From an uncultured Eudoraea sp. (GTDB taxonomy: Bacteria > Bacteroidota > Bacteroidia > Flavobacteriales > Flavobacteriaceae): 64,000 nt of DNA. The translations under genes were made by a program, and so were the position numbers. Each line of letters starts with the position of its first letter. Position 1 is the stretch's first letter. Below are positions 20,867-29,941 of this stretch, in pieces. The notes beneath the pieces were generated by a model that worked only from the letters and a program-made list of their open reading frames with translations, did not search any database and had not been told where the DNA came from. The stretch is taken from positions 10,466-74,465 of the forward strand of contig CBDUGN010000001.1 in the NCBI GenBank assembly GCA_965366915.1, read 5' to 3'.

Positions 20867-21604
20867 ATGCAAAAAACCTCCCGGATTTACGGTATAAGAG
20901 CTGTTATAGAAGCTATTAATTCTAAAAGCGCCATAGATAAAATATTTATTCAAAAAGGTCTTGGCGGGAGTCTTTATAAAGAATTAGAATCCTTAATCCG
21001 TGAAAATGGAATTAGTTTCTCCTATGTTCCAATAGAAAAACTCAACAGACTTACCAGAAATAACCACCAGGGCGTAATTGCCAATATCTCGCCTATTGAA
21101 TTTTACAACTTTGAAACTTTAGTTGAAGAAGTATTAGAAAAGAAGGAAGCACCTTTATTTCTCCTTTTAGACCAACTCTCTGATGTAAGGAACTTTGGGG
21201 CCATAATACGAACTGCTGAATGTACAGGGGTTGATGGCATTGTCATTCAAAAAAAAGGTGCCGCACCTGTAACGGAAGATACCATAAAAACATCGGCCGG
21301 AGCTGCTTTTAAGGTACCAATAGCTAAAATAGATCATCTGAAAGATGCCGTTTTTTATTTACAGTCGTCAGGTATTCAGGTAATTGCCGCTACAGAAAAA
21401 ACAGAACGCAGTATTTACGATATAAATTTTAAAGTCCCCTGCGCCATTATTATGGGCTCTGAGGATACCGGAATATCCCCGTCAATTCTAAAAACAGCAG
21501 ACCATAAGGCAAAATTGCCTCTTTTAGGTGAAATAGCCTCCCTTAATGTGTCAGTAGCCTGCGCTGTTTTTTTATATGAAGCCGTAAGACAAAGAACCAC
21601 TTAA
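20867..21604 (+). CDS. rlmB: 23S rRNA (guanosine-2'-O)-methyltransferase, SpoU/TrmH family (RlmB-like)
   Basis: 245 aa with an N-terminal substrate-binding domain (IYGIRAVIEAINS). SpoU motifs NFGAIIRTAE, IIMGSEDTGIS and SLNVSVACAVFLYE. Confidence 0.88.
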   Translation: MQKTSRIYGIRAVIEAINSKSAIDKIFIQKGLGGSLYKELESLIRENGISFSYVPIEKLNRLTRNNHQGVIANISPIEFYNFETLVEEVLEKKEAPLFLLLDQLSDVRNFGAIIRTAECTGVDGIVIQKKGAAPVTEDTIKTSAGAAFKVPIAKIDHLKDAVFYLQSSGIQVIAATEKTERSIYDINFKVPCAIIMGSEDTGISPSILKTADHKAKLPLLGEIASLNVSVACAVFLYEAVRQRTT

Positions 21605-21605
21605 T

Positions 21606-22352
21606 TCAATTTCCGGGGTCTTTGTTTTTATCTTTCCTGAAATGGTACGTTATTTTAAATGTCCTTTCCTGTGATTCCAAATCTTCGTTCTTACTTTCAA
21701 TGAAATTGCCATGTTCATCAAAATGTTTTAAAAATTCATCCTCCTCTTCATTGTAATTTTCCAATTCCCAGGCGTATTTTTTCACAGATGGTATTTTTGC
21801 CTTTACAAATACGGCAAGCAGCAATCCGGTAATAAATCCGGCCAAATGACCTTCCCAGGAAATATCTTCTTTCAAAGGAAAAATAAACCACAACAAACCT
21901 CCATAAATAAATACAACCATTAATGAAAGGGCTACAAGCCGGTAATATTTGGTAAAAATTCCTTTAAAGAAAATAAAGCTGGCCAATACATAGATTAAAC
22001 CACTGGCACCAATATGGTAAGACGGCCTTCCAATAATCCAGGTTATTAAACCGGAAAAAAGTACGCCCCATAATAGGACTTTAAAGGAGATGCTTCTATA
22101 AAAATAGACCAAAGAAGCAGTTAGGATAGCAATGGGTATGGTGTTGTTGTAAAGATGCTCAATGGAGCCGTGCAGAAACGGACTAAAAAGTACTCCTCTT
22201 AATCCCTTTAAAGATCTGGGATATATGCCGTATTGATTTAAATTGATCTGAAATCGAATCTCTACCCAAAATACAGTCCATATCAGCAGCACTGCTATCA
22301 TAGGAACAAGAAGCACTCTATTCGAAAATTTAAAATAGGTATCCTCAGACAT
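21606..22352 (-). CDS. Rhomboid-family intramembrane serine protease
   Basis: 248 aa, polytopic. Contains HIGASGLIY (GxSG serine) and WEGHLAGFITG (catalytic His). Confidence 0.85.
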   Translation of the reverse strand: MSEDTYFKFSNRVLLVPMIAVLLIWTVFWVEIRFQINLNQYGIYPRSLKGLRGVLFSPFLHGSIEHLYNNTIPIAILTASLVYFYRSISFKVLLWGVLFSGLITWIIGRPSYHIGASGLIYVLASFIFFKGIFTKYYRLVALSLMVVFIYGGLLWFIFPLKEDISWEGHLAGFITGLLLAVFVKAKIPSVKKYAWELENYNEEEDEFLKHFDEHGNFIESKNEDLESQERTFKITYHFRKDKNKDPGN

Positions 22353-22411
22353 AAGATTAAGTTACATTAATTTCCTTCAATTAATTGGCCATAAATACAA
22401 AACATGATAAA

Positions 22412-22443
22412 TTGTCAGGGCAACGTTTTTGATTATAAATTTG
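22412..22443 (+). promoter_or_regulatory. Candidate promoter for rarA (-33 TTG, 21-nt spacer, -7 TAAATTTG)
   Basis: TAAATTTG at 22436-22443 matches TAnnTTTG and TTG lies at 22412-14. The motif ends 61 nt before the ATG. Confidence 0.25.
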
Positions 22444-22504
22444 GTGACCTTAGTATGATTTAAGTTATCGTACAAAGTAAAAACGTATTTATTACATTTA
22501 TCAT

Positions 22505-23776
22505 ATGAATGAACCACTTGCAGAGCGGGTACGCCCAAAAACACTTGAAGATTATATTAGTCAACATCATTTAGTTGGTGCAGATGGTTCTTTAACAACA
22601 CAGATAAAGAAAGGCAGTATTCCCTCACTCATTCTTTGGGGGCCACCGGGTACCGGAAAAACTACACTGGCACATATTATTGCAAATGAAAGCGAACGGC
22701 CCTTTTATACATTAAGCGCTATAAACAGCGGTGTTAAGGATATCAGGGAAGTAATAGAAAAAGCCAAACAAAGTGGTGGTTTATTTACCTCAAAAAATCC
22801 AATACTTTTTATTGATGAGATACATCGGTTTAGCAAATCGCAGCAAGATTCTTTGCTGGGAGCCGTTGAAAAAGGCTGGGTAACACTTATTGGGGCAACA
22901 ACAGAAAATCCCAGTTTTGAAGTTATTCCGGCACTTTTGTCGCGTTGCCAGGTTTATATCCTCAAATCCTTTGGAAAAGAGGATTTAGAAGCATTGTTGC
23001 AAAGAGCTATGACTGAAGATATAATGTTGAAGTCAAAAAATATTACGCTTAAAGAAACAGAGGCGCTTTTGCGCCTATCGGGAGGAGATGGCAGAAAATT
23101 GCTGAATATATTCGAATTGGTGGTCACCTCTGAAGATAAAACGGATATTATCATCACAGACAAACTTGTGATGCGAAAAGTCCAGAAAAACACTGTATTA
23201 TATGACAAAACGGGAGAACAACACTACGATATAGTTTCGGCCTTTATAAAATCTATCCGTGGTAGTGATCCCAATGGGGCAGTATACTGGCTTGCAAGAA
23301 TGATTGAAGGTGGAGAAGATGTAAAGTTCATAGCGCGACGTTTATTAATATCAGCGTCTGAAGACATTGGCATGGCCAATCCAACCGCATTGGTTATCGC
23401 TAATTCTACGTTTCAGGCGGTTAGTACTATTGGCTATCCTGAAGCCCGAATACTACTTAGCCAATGTGCCATATATCTTGCAACTTCACCAAAAAGCAAT
23501 ACAAGTTATATGGCTATAAAAAAAGCACAGGAGTATGTAAGGGATACCGGAGACCTTTCTGTGCCATTGCCTCTAAGGAATGCACCCACCAAGCTAATGA
23601 AAGAATTGGGTTATGGTGAAAACTATAAATATGCCCATGACTTTGAGGATAATTTTGCGGAACTGGAATTCTTGCCAGATCAAATAAAAGGGACCTCTTT
23701 TTATGTACCCGGAAATAATAAAAGAGAGATAGCACTCAAGGAATTTCTTGAAAAACGATGGAAGGACAAATACTAG
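22505..23776 (+). CDS. rarA: Replication-associated recombination protein A (AAA+ ATPase RarA/MgsA)
   Basis: 423 aa with [21 protein letters not shown], Walker [10 protein letters not shown], Walker B FIDEIHRF and C-terminal MgsA-type [20 protein letters not shown]. Confidence 0.95.
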   Translation: MNEPLAERVRPKTLEDYISQHHLVGADGSLTTQIKKGSIPSLILWGPPGTGKTTLAHIIANESERPFYTLSAINSGVKDIREVIEKAKQSGGLFTSKNPILFIDEIHRFSKSQQDSLLGAVEKGWVTLIGATTENPSFEVIPALLSRCQVYILKSFGKEDLEALLQRAMTEDIMLKSKNITLKETEALLRLSGGDGRKLLNIFELVVTSEDKTDIIITDKLVMRKVQKNTVLYDKTGEQHYDIVSAFIKSIRGSDPNGAVYWLARMIEGGEDVKFIARRLLISASEDIGMANPTALVIANSTFQAVSTIGYPEARILLSQCAIYLATSPKSNTSYMAIKKAQEYVRDTGDLSVPLPLRNAPTKLMKELGYGENYKYAHDFEDNFAELEFLPDQIKGTSFYVPGNNKREIALKEFLEKRWKDKY

Positions 23777-24624
23777 AATTTAATAGTAAATTCTTCTATT
23801 TGCATTTGGTCAGAAACATAATATTCAAAATACCATTGGTTTGCTCGTTTATAGACTACGCCACTTCCTTTTTCATTGACTCCTATATAAACCTCCGGTA
23901 CAGATGTCTCATATATTTTCAAACGAATTTTTGGCGTACTATCCACTAGCTGATATCCATTTGGAATTTCCTGGGCATACAATATATATGTATCTGAAGT
24001 TTTGGTAATAGTGCTCGTTGTTGCTGCAACAACGGTTGTATTTTCAATGGGTGCCGTTTTTGACTTCGGGACTATTTCGGATTGTGTTAAATTCTCCTCG
24101 ACAGCAGTTGTTGTTTGCCCGCCCCTATTTACTGATGGCTCTTCTTTTTCCTCTGTATCCATTATGACTGCCGCGGTGGTCATACTTTTGGCCTCAACAG
24201 GATTATACTCGTAGCTAAGCGAATTAATTGATTTAAAAGCCATTTCAACGGCTTCCTTATAACTCGATATGTAATCCTTTTCTTTGCTCCTTCCTTCTAA
24301 ACTTTTGTAAACTTCATTGGAATTGCAATCCTCCAGAATAATAGAAGCTTTAGTTACGAACATGCTGGTTGTATGATCCAATTGTACCAGGAGACCAAGA
24401 CATCTGTTGGCATTTAAGTCAGATGGCAGGTCATCTTCATAATAAGTTTCAAATCCCTTATTTGTAAAAAGATATTTTAACAGCGTGCTGGTCTTGTATT
24501 GATTCTCATCTTTAAAGCCCTTAAAGTTTTTCGGTACAATAATATATTTATACTCATTCAACTGGGCTTGCAGCCCTAATGAAAATGTAAAAACCAGGAA
24601 CAGGCAGGAAAAAATATTCTTCAT
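23773..24624 (-). CDS. Secreted hypothetical protein with Thr-rich central linker
   Basis: 283 aa with signal peptide MKNIFSCLFLVFTFSLGLQAQ. Low-complexity T/E-rich middle. Last gene of a three-gene minus-strand operon. Confidence 0.75.
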   Translation of the reverse strand: MKNIFSCLFLVFTFSLGLQAQLNEYKYIIVPKNFKGFKDENQYKTSTLLKYLFTNKGFETYYEDDLPSDLNANRCLGLLVQLDHTTSMFVTKASIILEDCNSNEVYKSLEGRSKEKDYISSYKEAVEMAFKSINSLSYEYNPVEAKSMTTAAVIMDTEEKEEPSVNRGGQTTTAVEENLTQSEIVPKSKTAPIENTTVVAATTSTITKTSDTYILYAQEIPNGYQLVDSTPKIRLKIYETSVPEVYIGVNEKGSGVVYKRANQWYFEYYVSDQMQIEEFTIKF

Positions 24625-24636
24625 TTAAATTATGGT

Positions 24637-26076
24637 TCAGTTTCTCTCCCAAGATATGATATTTAATCCTAACTGAAAAGAAGCGTAATTGCTATCGGCT
24701 ACGTTGCCGTATGAGAATAAATTATCTCCCATAACATAAAAATTCACAGGTCCTGCCTGGACGCTCATACCTAAACCCACATTTGAGGCCGTGAACTTAT
24801 CAACGGTATAAGTTGCTTTTAACGCAAGGACTTTAGCAAATCTTCTTTGATAAAATGCGGTTAAAGCAAACTGCGGACCCCGAGGTCTGCTAATGGCATA
24901 CAATTGGCCGCCTACACTATTCAGATAATACAAAGATCTGTCACCACTATCCGCTTTAGTATCACAATCGCAATCTGCTGCAATTGGCGTACCCTGCTTG
25001 CCAAAATTATATCGAATGGAGGAGTAAAATTTTATAGGCCTGAAGCTAACATAGTTCTTGCTGTCCTCTTCAAATGGAATTATCTCTTCAATTTCATCGA
25101 CCAGATCTTCCCAAAAATCAGCATTCGGATCATTTAGGGCATCTGGCAAAATTACTTCTACACCCTCAACGGATGCCCTCCCTTTAAGTGTATAATTAGT
25201 TACATCCGAGGAGTGATACAATAATCCAATATCTAATAGACTTCCCGTAATTACCGTTTGCTCATTAAGATTATACGTAACCCCTAAATCAAATCCAAGG
25301 CCGGGATCACCACCAAAAAGCCCTCTTTTTGTGAATAAACTTGTCACACTATCACCACTATCATTGGCATCTATAAGAGCATCCAGACCTGAAGTTCTTA
25401 ATTTCATATCTGAAACCAGGGTATTCCTCAACAAATTATTCTGGCCTAAAGTTGTCTCGAAATAACCGCTATTATTTGTGGATTTAATATCTATAATACC
25501 CGAATACAATTTGATTCGCGCTCCCAAAGTGAGATTATTTTTTATTTGTCTGTTAATTCCAAAATGCAGGACATTTATGAATTGCCCACTGGCATTGAGA
25601 TCATTGAGATCAAATCTTTGTCCCAGTCTGTCGGCATTACCTTCATACGCTAAAATTGCCAGATCTTTTGGCCAATAGTTAAGGGCATAGCCTTCAATAT
25701 ACATTCCAAATGAGAAGAAATTAGCCGGGTTCTTTTGACTGCGAAATCCACCGTTCAATATATCAACCTGAAAGATTCCATTTACTTCATCGCGTTCACT
25801 CAATGAATTCAGAGCCCGATCCCTTATTTTCTGATTAATATCGAGTCCATCAGCAGCAAAAATATCATTTACGGTAAGTCCGCTTGTTGCACCCTCTGCA
25901 TATATACCCGATATAAATGGAACACCGGCATACCAATTATAAATTGTATTTATCCCGGGATTAACCATTATTGCCTGGGGAATTTCCTGAAAATCATACA
26001 GGACCTCCTTATTTTGGCCATAACAGCTTATGTATCCTGTAAAAAGGATAATCAATGATAACAGCGACTTTATCAT
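24637..26076 (-). CDS. Hypothetical outer-membrane beta-barrel protein
   Basis: 479 aa with a signal peptide. It has alternating amphipathic strands rich in G/Y/N/L. The C-terminal strand (ASFQLGLNIISW) is aromatic near its end. Its start overlaps the upstream lipoprotein stop (ATGA). Confidence 0.7.
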   Translation of the reverse strand: MIKSLLSLIILFTGYISCYGQNKEVLYDFQEIPQAIMVNPGINTIYNWYAGVPFISGIYAEGATSGLTVNDIFAADGLDINQKIRDRALNSLSERDEVNGIFQVDILNGGFRSQKNPANFFSFGMYIEGYALNYWPKDLAILAYEGNADRLGQRFDLNDLNASGQFINVLHFGINRQIKNNLTLGARIKLYSGIIDIKSTNNSGYFETTLGQNNLLRNTLVSDMKLRTSGLDALIDANDSGDSVTSLFTKRGLFGGDPGLGFDLGVTYNLNEQTVITGSLLDIGLLYHSSDVTNYTLKGRASVEGVEVILPDALNDPNADFWEDLVDEIEEIIPFEEDSKNYVSFRPIKFYSSIRYNFGKQGTPIAADCDCDTKADSGDRSLYYLNSVGGQLYAISRPRGPQFALTAFYQRRFAKVLALKATYTVDKFTASNVGLGMSVQAGPVNFYVMGDNLFSYGNVADSNYASFQLGLNIISWERN

Positions 26077-26621
26077 TTCAGCTGAATCCTGAATTTTGCG
26101 CTGGACCTTAAGAAAATTGACGGGTTTGGTAACGAAGATATACTGGTATTATCACCTAAATTTGTAGCGCTTACCCTAATGGCTGAAGTATTCCTAATAA
26201 TATCGAGGCTTCTTCCGGCCGGTCCATAGGCAATTTCTCTGGTTAATATTGCAGTAGGAGCTGCATTTACCATAAAATTTTCTGAATCCAAAGAATTTCC
26301 TGCCTCATCTAAGAATTCGAAAGTAATATCGAGAGGTTTGCTTGTCGTATTTTCAACTTCATACGTAATAACTCCATCGAGGACATTGTCAGCAACAAAG
26401 TCTTCACTAAAAGCATCAAAATTAAATGTCTGGGTATAAAAATTTACCCCATTTAACTGATTAATTATATACTCAGGGGTTTCAACATAAAGGATACTAG
26501 CTTCTGCGGTAGGAATAATGTCAAGATTATCTAATTGATCAAAATCCTGTTTATCCGCGCAAGAACCGAAGATTACCGCGCAAAAAAGAATTGCAAGTAT
26601 AGATTTTGGGATATATTTCAT
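26073..26621 (-). CDS. Hypothetical lipoprotein
   Basis: 182 aa with lipobox AVIFGSCADK. Translationally coupled to the downstream beta-barrel gene. Confidence 0.75.
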   Translation of the reverse strand: MKYIPKSILAILFCAVIFGSCADKQDFDQLDNLDIIPTAEASILYVETPEYIINQLNGVNFYTQTFNFDAFSEDFVADNVLDGVITYEVENTTSKPLDITFEFLDEAGNSLDSENFMVNAAPTAILTREIAYGPAGRSLDIIRNTSAIRVSATNLGDNTSISSLPNPSIFLRSSAKFRIQLK

Positions 26622-26709
26622 TGCTTTATACCAGTTTTAAAATGGATAATTATTTACTTTTACCACCTAAATAGGTATTGCCTCCTATATTATTCTCCCC
26701 TATATAACT

Positions 26710-27399
26710 CTATAAATAGTTTTTTATTTCACGTAAATTATGAATCATGACACAATGCTCATGTTTCGGATCATTATGAGCATTAAAATGTAAGGCATGA
26801 AAACCTACTGCTTTCGCCCCAAGTATATCTGCTTCAATATTATCACCAACCATTATTGACGTATTGGCCTTAGCATTCGCCCTTTGAAGTGCAAGTTCGA
26901 AAATTACGGGATTTGGTTTTTTTACTCCTGCCATTTCAGAATTAATAACCTGGTTAAAATATCCGAAAATATTTGAGTTTACCAATTTTCTGGTCTGTAC
27001 TTCTTCAAATCCGTTGGTAATTATATGTAGTTTGTATTTGGGTTTTAAATAATTTAGTATCTCAACGGTATATGGTAACAAGTTATTATAGGCAGCAAGG
27101 TTTGTAATATATTCTGCCGATAGGATATCTATAACTTCATCTTTAATCTCGTATCCTATAGCATCAAAAGTTGTTTTTAGTCTTTGAAAGCGCAATTCCG
27201 GTTTCTTAATTTTATCTTCACGATATAATTTCCAAAATTCGAGATTCAGGGGTACGTAAACTTCCAGGAATTTGGAGAGATTTACTTCTATTTCTGCTTC
27301 AGCAAATATTTTTTCAAATGTCAAGGCCGAATTTTTTTCAAAATCCCATAATGTATGGTCCAAATCAAAAAATATATCTGAAATACCCTGACTATACAT
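26710..27399 (-). CDS. HAD-superfamily hydrolase, YjjG-like nucleotidase
   Basis: 229 aa with HAD motif I (FFDLDHTLWDF), motif II (HIITNG) and motif IV (MVGDNIEADILGA). Confidence 0.8.
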   Translation of the reverse strand: MYSQGISDIFFDLDHTLWDFEKNSALTFEKIFAEAEIEVNLSKFLEVYVPLNLEFWKLYREDKIKKPELRFQRLKTTFDAIGYEIKDEVIDILSAEYITNLAAYNNLLPYTVEILNYLKPKYKLHIITNGFEEVQTRKLVNSNIFGYFNQVINSEMAGVKKPNPVIFELALQRANAKANTSIMVGDNIEADILGAKAVGFHALHFNAHNDPKHEHCVMIHNLREIKNYL

Positions 27400-28687
27400 G
27401 ATACTTTTGAATTACTTTATGGTACAAATTTAACCAGTTTATTTCCTGCTCTCCGCCTAACAATTCATTGGAAAAAATGGTTATAAAGTGACCATTTACC
27501 TTTTTTACCTGATCGTAATAAATCTGAATTTTTTCTAGTGCATCCTCTTCAGAATAGGAATTAAGTAAGGCATAGTCATGAACAGCGAATGGGTGTACTT
27601 TTATGGGTTGTTGTTCTTCCATTGTAATATCATAGAAGTTAAAAGGCGTACATGTGCCGGCTTTAAAGCCCATTTCATGAGTGTATCCCATAGTGTAATC
27701 ATCTGTAAATTCTGCTTCCACAAGATTTCTGTAGGTATGAGGAATATCTACCCTGTTATATCTCATCCTTGAATTGTTTATTGGCCTGTTTACAACGTTC
27801 GATAGCCTCTTTTTCTCTTCTTTCAATAATTCAATATCCATAAAAGAACTATATGAAGCTGCCAGCGACACTAAGCTATAGTCTGCAACAGATTTAATAA
27901 GGTATTTAAAATTATTGTTTTCGGGTGAAACATTTTTATCGTAGGTTGAATAATTGGCGAACTGAAAAAAGAATATACTTTTTGTTTGAAATTTCTTATG
28001 AATTTCTATAAGGCTTTCGTAGTTATTATAAGGATCTTTTCTAATCTTTAACCATACAGAAATGCGCTGTGCCACGCGTTTCAATTTAAAAGTACCTAAG
28101 TCATATAGCAAGCCTGCTATGCTCCTCATTGGCCCTCTGTGTGCAAAACAGTGTGAAGAAGTAACATCAATAACAGAAGTATACCGAAACTTTCGCTCTT
28201 TACTATCTATAGCAGGAAATCGTTCTTTAAGCTTATCCAGAAATCTGTATGCCCAAATATCTACCACCGGTAATCGCAAAAAATTATTCTTATAAGCAAT
28301 ACTTTCAGAGGGAGGAAATCTGCCATGCGTATCTTTTAAGTATGGTAAATATTCTTCGTATCTCGTTAATAGATAAAAACTTGCAGCAAAAATATCATAA
28401 GGAATAGCACTGGGCTCACTTGTCCTGAAAAAACAAGCTGTACCCTCCCACTCCTCAACAGTTATTTGCAAATCAGTTATTCCGTGTACAAATAACAGAT
28501 CGTTACTCCTTACAAAAAACTCATTCTGCAAAGGATGCTTGCTATACGTGATCTTAGGACCGGTGTGTTTTATAAAATCTTCAACCTTTGTAGTAAAAAT
28601 GATATCTATCCCAAGTATCCTTGTGAAAATCTGCTTCATGGTGTAACTGAAGCGCGAAGTAATTTTATGGGTATATATCAGAAGCAT
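27392..28687 (-). CDS. Conserved hypothetical protein (possibly polysaccharide-deacetylase-like; family uncertain)
   Basis: 431-aa ORF with clean coding appearance. Overlaps the downstream HAD gene by 8 nt and starts 2 nt after the radC stop. I recognise no diagnostic motif. Confidence 0.7.
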   Translation of the reverse strand: MLLIYTHKITSRFSYTMKQIFTRILGIDIIFTTKVEDFIKHTGPKITYSKHPLQNEFFVRSNDLLFVHGITDLQITVEEWEGTACFFRTSEPSAIPYDIFAASFYLLTRYEEYLPYLKDTHGRFPPSESIAYKNNFLRLPVVDIWAYRFLDKLKERFPAIDSKERKFRYTSVIDVTSSHCFAHRGPMRSIAGLLYDLGTFKLKRVAQRISVWLKIRKDPYNNYESLIEIHKKFQTKSIFFFQFANYSTYDKNVSPENNNFKYLIKSVADYSLVSLAASYSSFMDIELLKEEKKRLSNVVNRPINNSRMRYNRVDIPHTYRNLVEAEFTDDYTMGYTHEMGFKAGTCTPFNFYDITMEEQQPIKVHPFAVHDYALLNSYSEEDALEKIQIYYDQVKKVNGHFITIFSNELLGGEQEINWLNLYHKVIQKYHV

Positions 28688-28689
28688 AT

Positions 28690-29388
28690 TTATATCAAAT
28701 TATTATCGGCAAAGCTATAGTATTTGTTTTGGGTAATAATTACATGATCCAATACCCTGATATCCATAGCTTCTGAAGCTTTTTGAAGCTTATTTGTAAT
28801 TTTTTTATCAGCCTCACTTGGTTTAAGTGCTCCTGAAGGATGATTGTGGGCTAAAATTAAGGATACCGCGCCTAATTCCAGTGCCTGTTTTATTACCAAA
28901 CGAACATCTACCAGGGTGCCCGTAATACCTCCCTTACTCAATTGAGCTTTTTGAATAACCTTATTTGAGTTATTCAAATAAACGATCCAGAATTCCTCGT
29001 GAGGAAGGTCTGCAAGCAAGGGCTGCAGAAGATCGAAAACCTCCTGACTCCCTAAGATCTGTGCCTTCACCATCGCCTTCTCATTTTGCCTCCTCCTCCC
29101 TATCTCCAAAGCCGCAGCAATTGATACGGCCTTGGCCTCGCCAATACCTTTAAATTTCATTAATTGTTTTATGGATACCTTACCTAATTCGTTTAAGTTA
29201 TTATTGGTAGATGCCAAAATTCTTTTGGAGAGTGCCACTGCTGTTTCATTTTTGGTCCCTGAACCAATTAAAATAGCAATAAGCTCGGCATTAGAAAGAA
29301 CTGAACGCCCCTTATGCACTAATTTTTCCCTTGGTTTGTCATCGTCAGACCAATTCTTAATGGAAAAAGAAGAAGATTTTTGTTGCAT
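28690..29388 (-). CDS. radC: RadC-family JAB/MPN-domain protein (UPF0758)
   Basis: 232 aa with an N-terminal HhH region (DDDKPREKLVHKGRSVLSNAELIAILIGSG) and the JAMM motif LAHNHPSGALKPSEAD. Confidence 0.9.
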   Translation of the reverse strand: MQQKSSSFSIKNWSDDDKPREKLVHKGRSVLSNAELIAILIGSGTKNETAVALSKRILASTNNNLNELGKVSIKQLMKFKGIGEAKAVSIAAALEIGRRRQNEKAMVKAQILGSQEVFDLLQPLLADLPHEEFWIVYLNNSNKVIQKAQLSKGGITGTLVDVRLVIKQALELGAVSLILAHNHPSGALKPSEADKKITNKLQKASEAMDIRVLDHVIITQNKYYSFADNNLI

Positions 29389-29454
29389 GGCCTAAAGATA
29401 ATCAACTAAAAAAATTATTGTAAATTTCATTCATAAATTCCTAACTAAGAATTC

Positions 29455-29898
29455 ATGAAATCGATTTTTGATGAAGCTACCTATAAAGAAGTTTTAGAAC
29501 GTTTTAATCAGCTAAGTGCAGATTCAGAAGGTTTATGGGGTAAAATGAGTGTTGGCCAAATGCTTTGGCATTGCCAGATATTCATAAAGGCTGCGATTAA
29601 AAATAAGAAACATGACAAAAGGGCAAATCCAATTATTAGCTGGTTCTTTAAAAAATCCATGTACAACGATAAGCCCTGGAGAAAAAATTTACCTACCACA
29701 CCCTTTGCAAGGGCAACAGAAGAAAAAGACTTTGAGGTAGAACATATAAAGTTACAGGAATTAGTTAAGGAACTATATAATCTTCGCGACAGGAAGGACT
29801 GGAATGCACATCCCATTTTTGGTGATTTTACACCGGAGCAATGGGGTAAACTTGAATACAAACATTTAGATCACCATCTGAGACAATTTGGGGTTTAA
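29455..29898 (+). CDS. DinB-superfamily four-helix-bundle protein (DUF1569-like)
   Basis: 147 aa with WGKMSVGQMLWHC and C-terminal HLDHHLRQFG, the histidine pattern typical of DinB-like proteins. Confidence 0.65.
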   Translation: MKSIFDEATYKEVLERFNQLSADSEGLWGKMSVGQMLWHCQIFIKAAIKNKKHDKRANPIISWFFKKSMYNDKPWRKNLPTTPFARATEEKDFEVEHIKLQELVKELYNLRDRKDWNAHPIFGDFTPEQWGKLEYKHLDHHLRQFGV

Positions 29899-29941
29899 GA
29901 GATATGCTTAAAGGAGTGTAACAATGATTAAACGGTCTTAG

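Noticed and set aside
28690-29388. RadC/JAB protein as a marker of a mobile element or defence island
   Set aside because: This copy has the housekeeping UPF0758 architecture (N-terminal HhH plus JAMM domain). It sits among core genes, with no integrase, transposase, toxin or restriction genes nearby.
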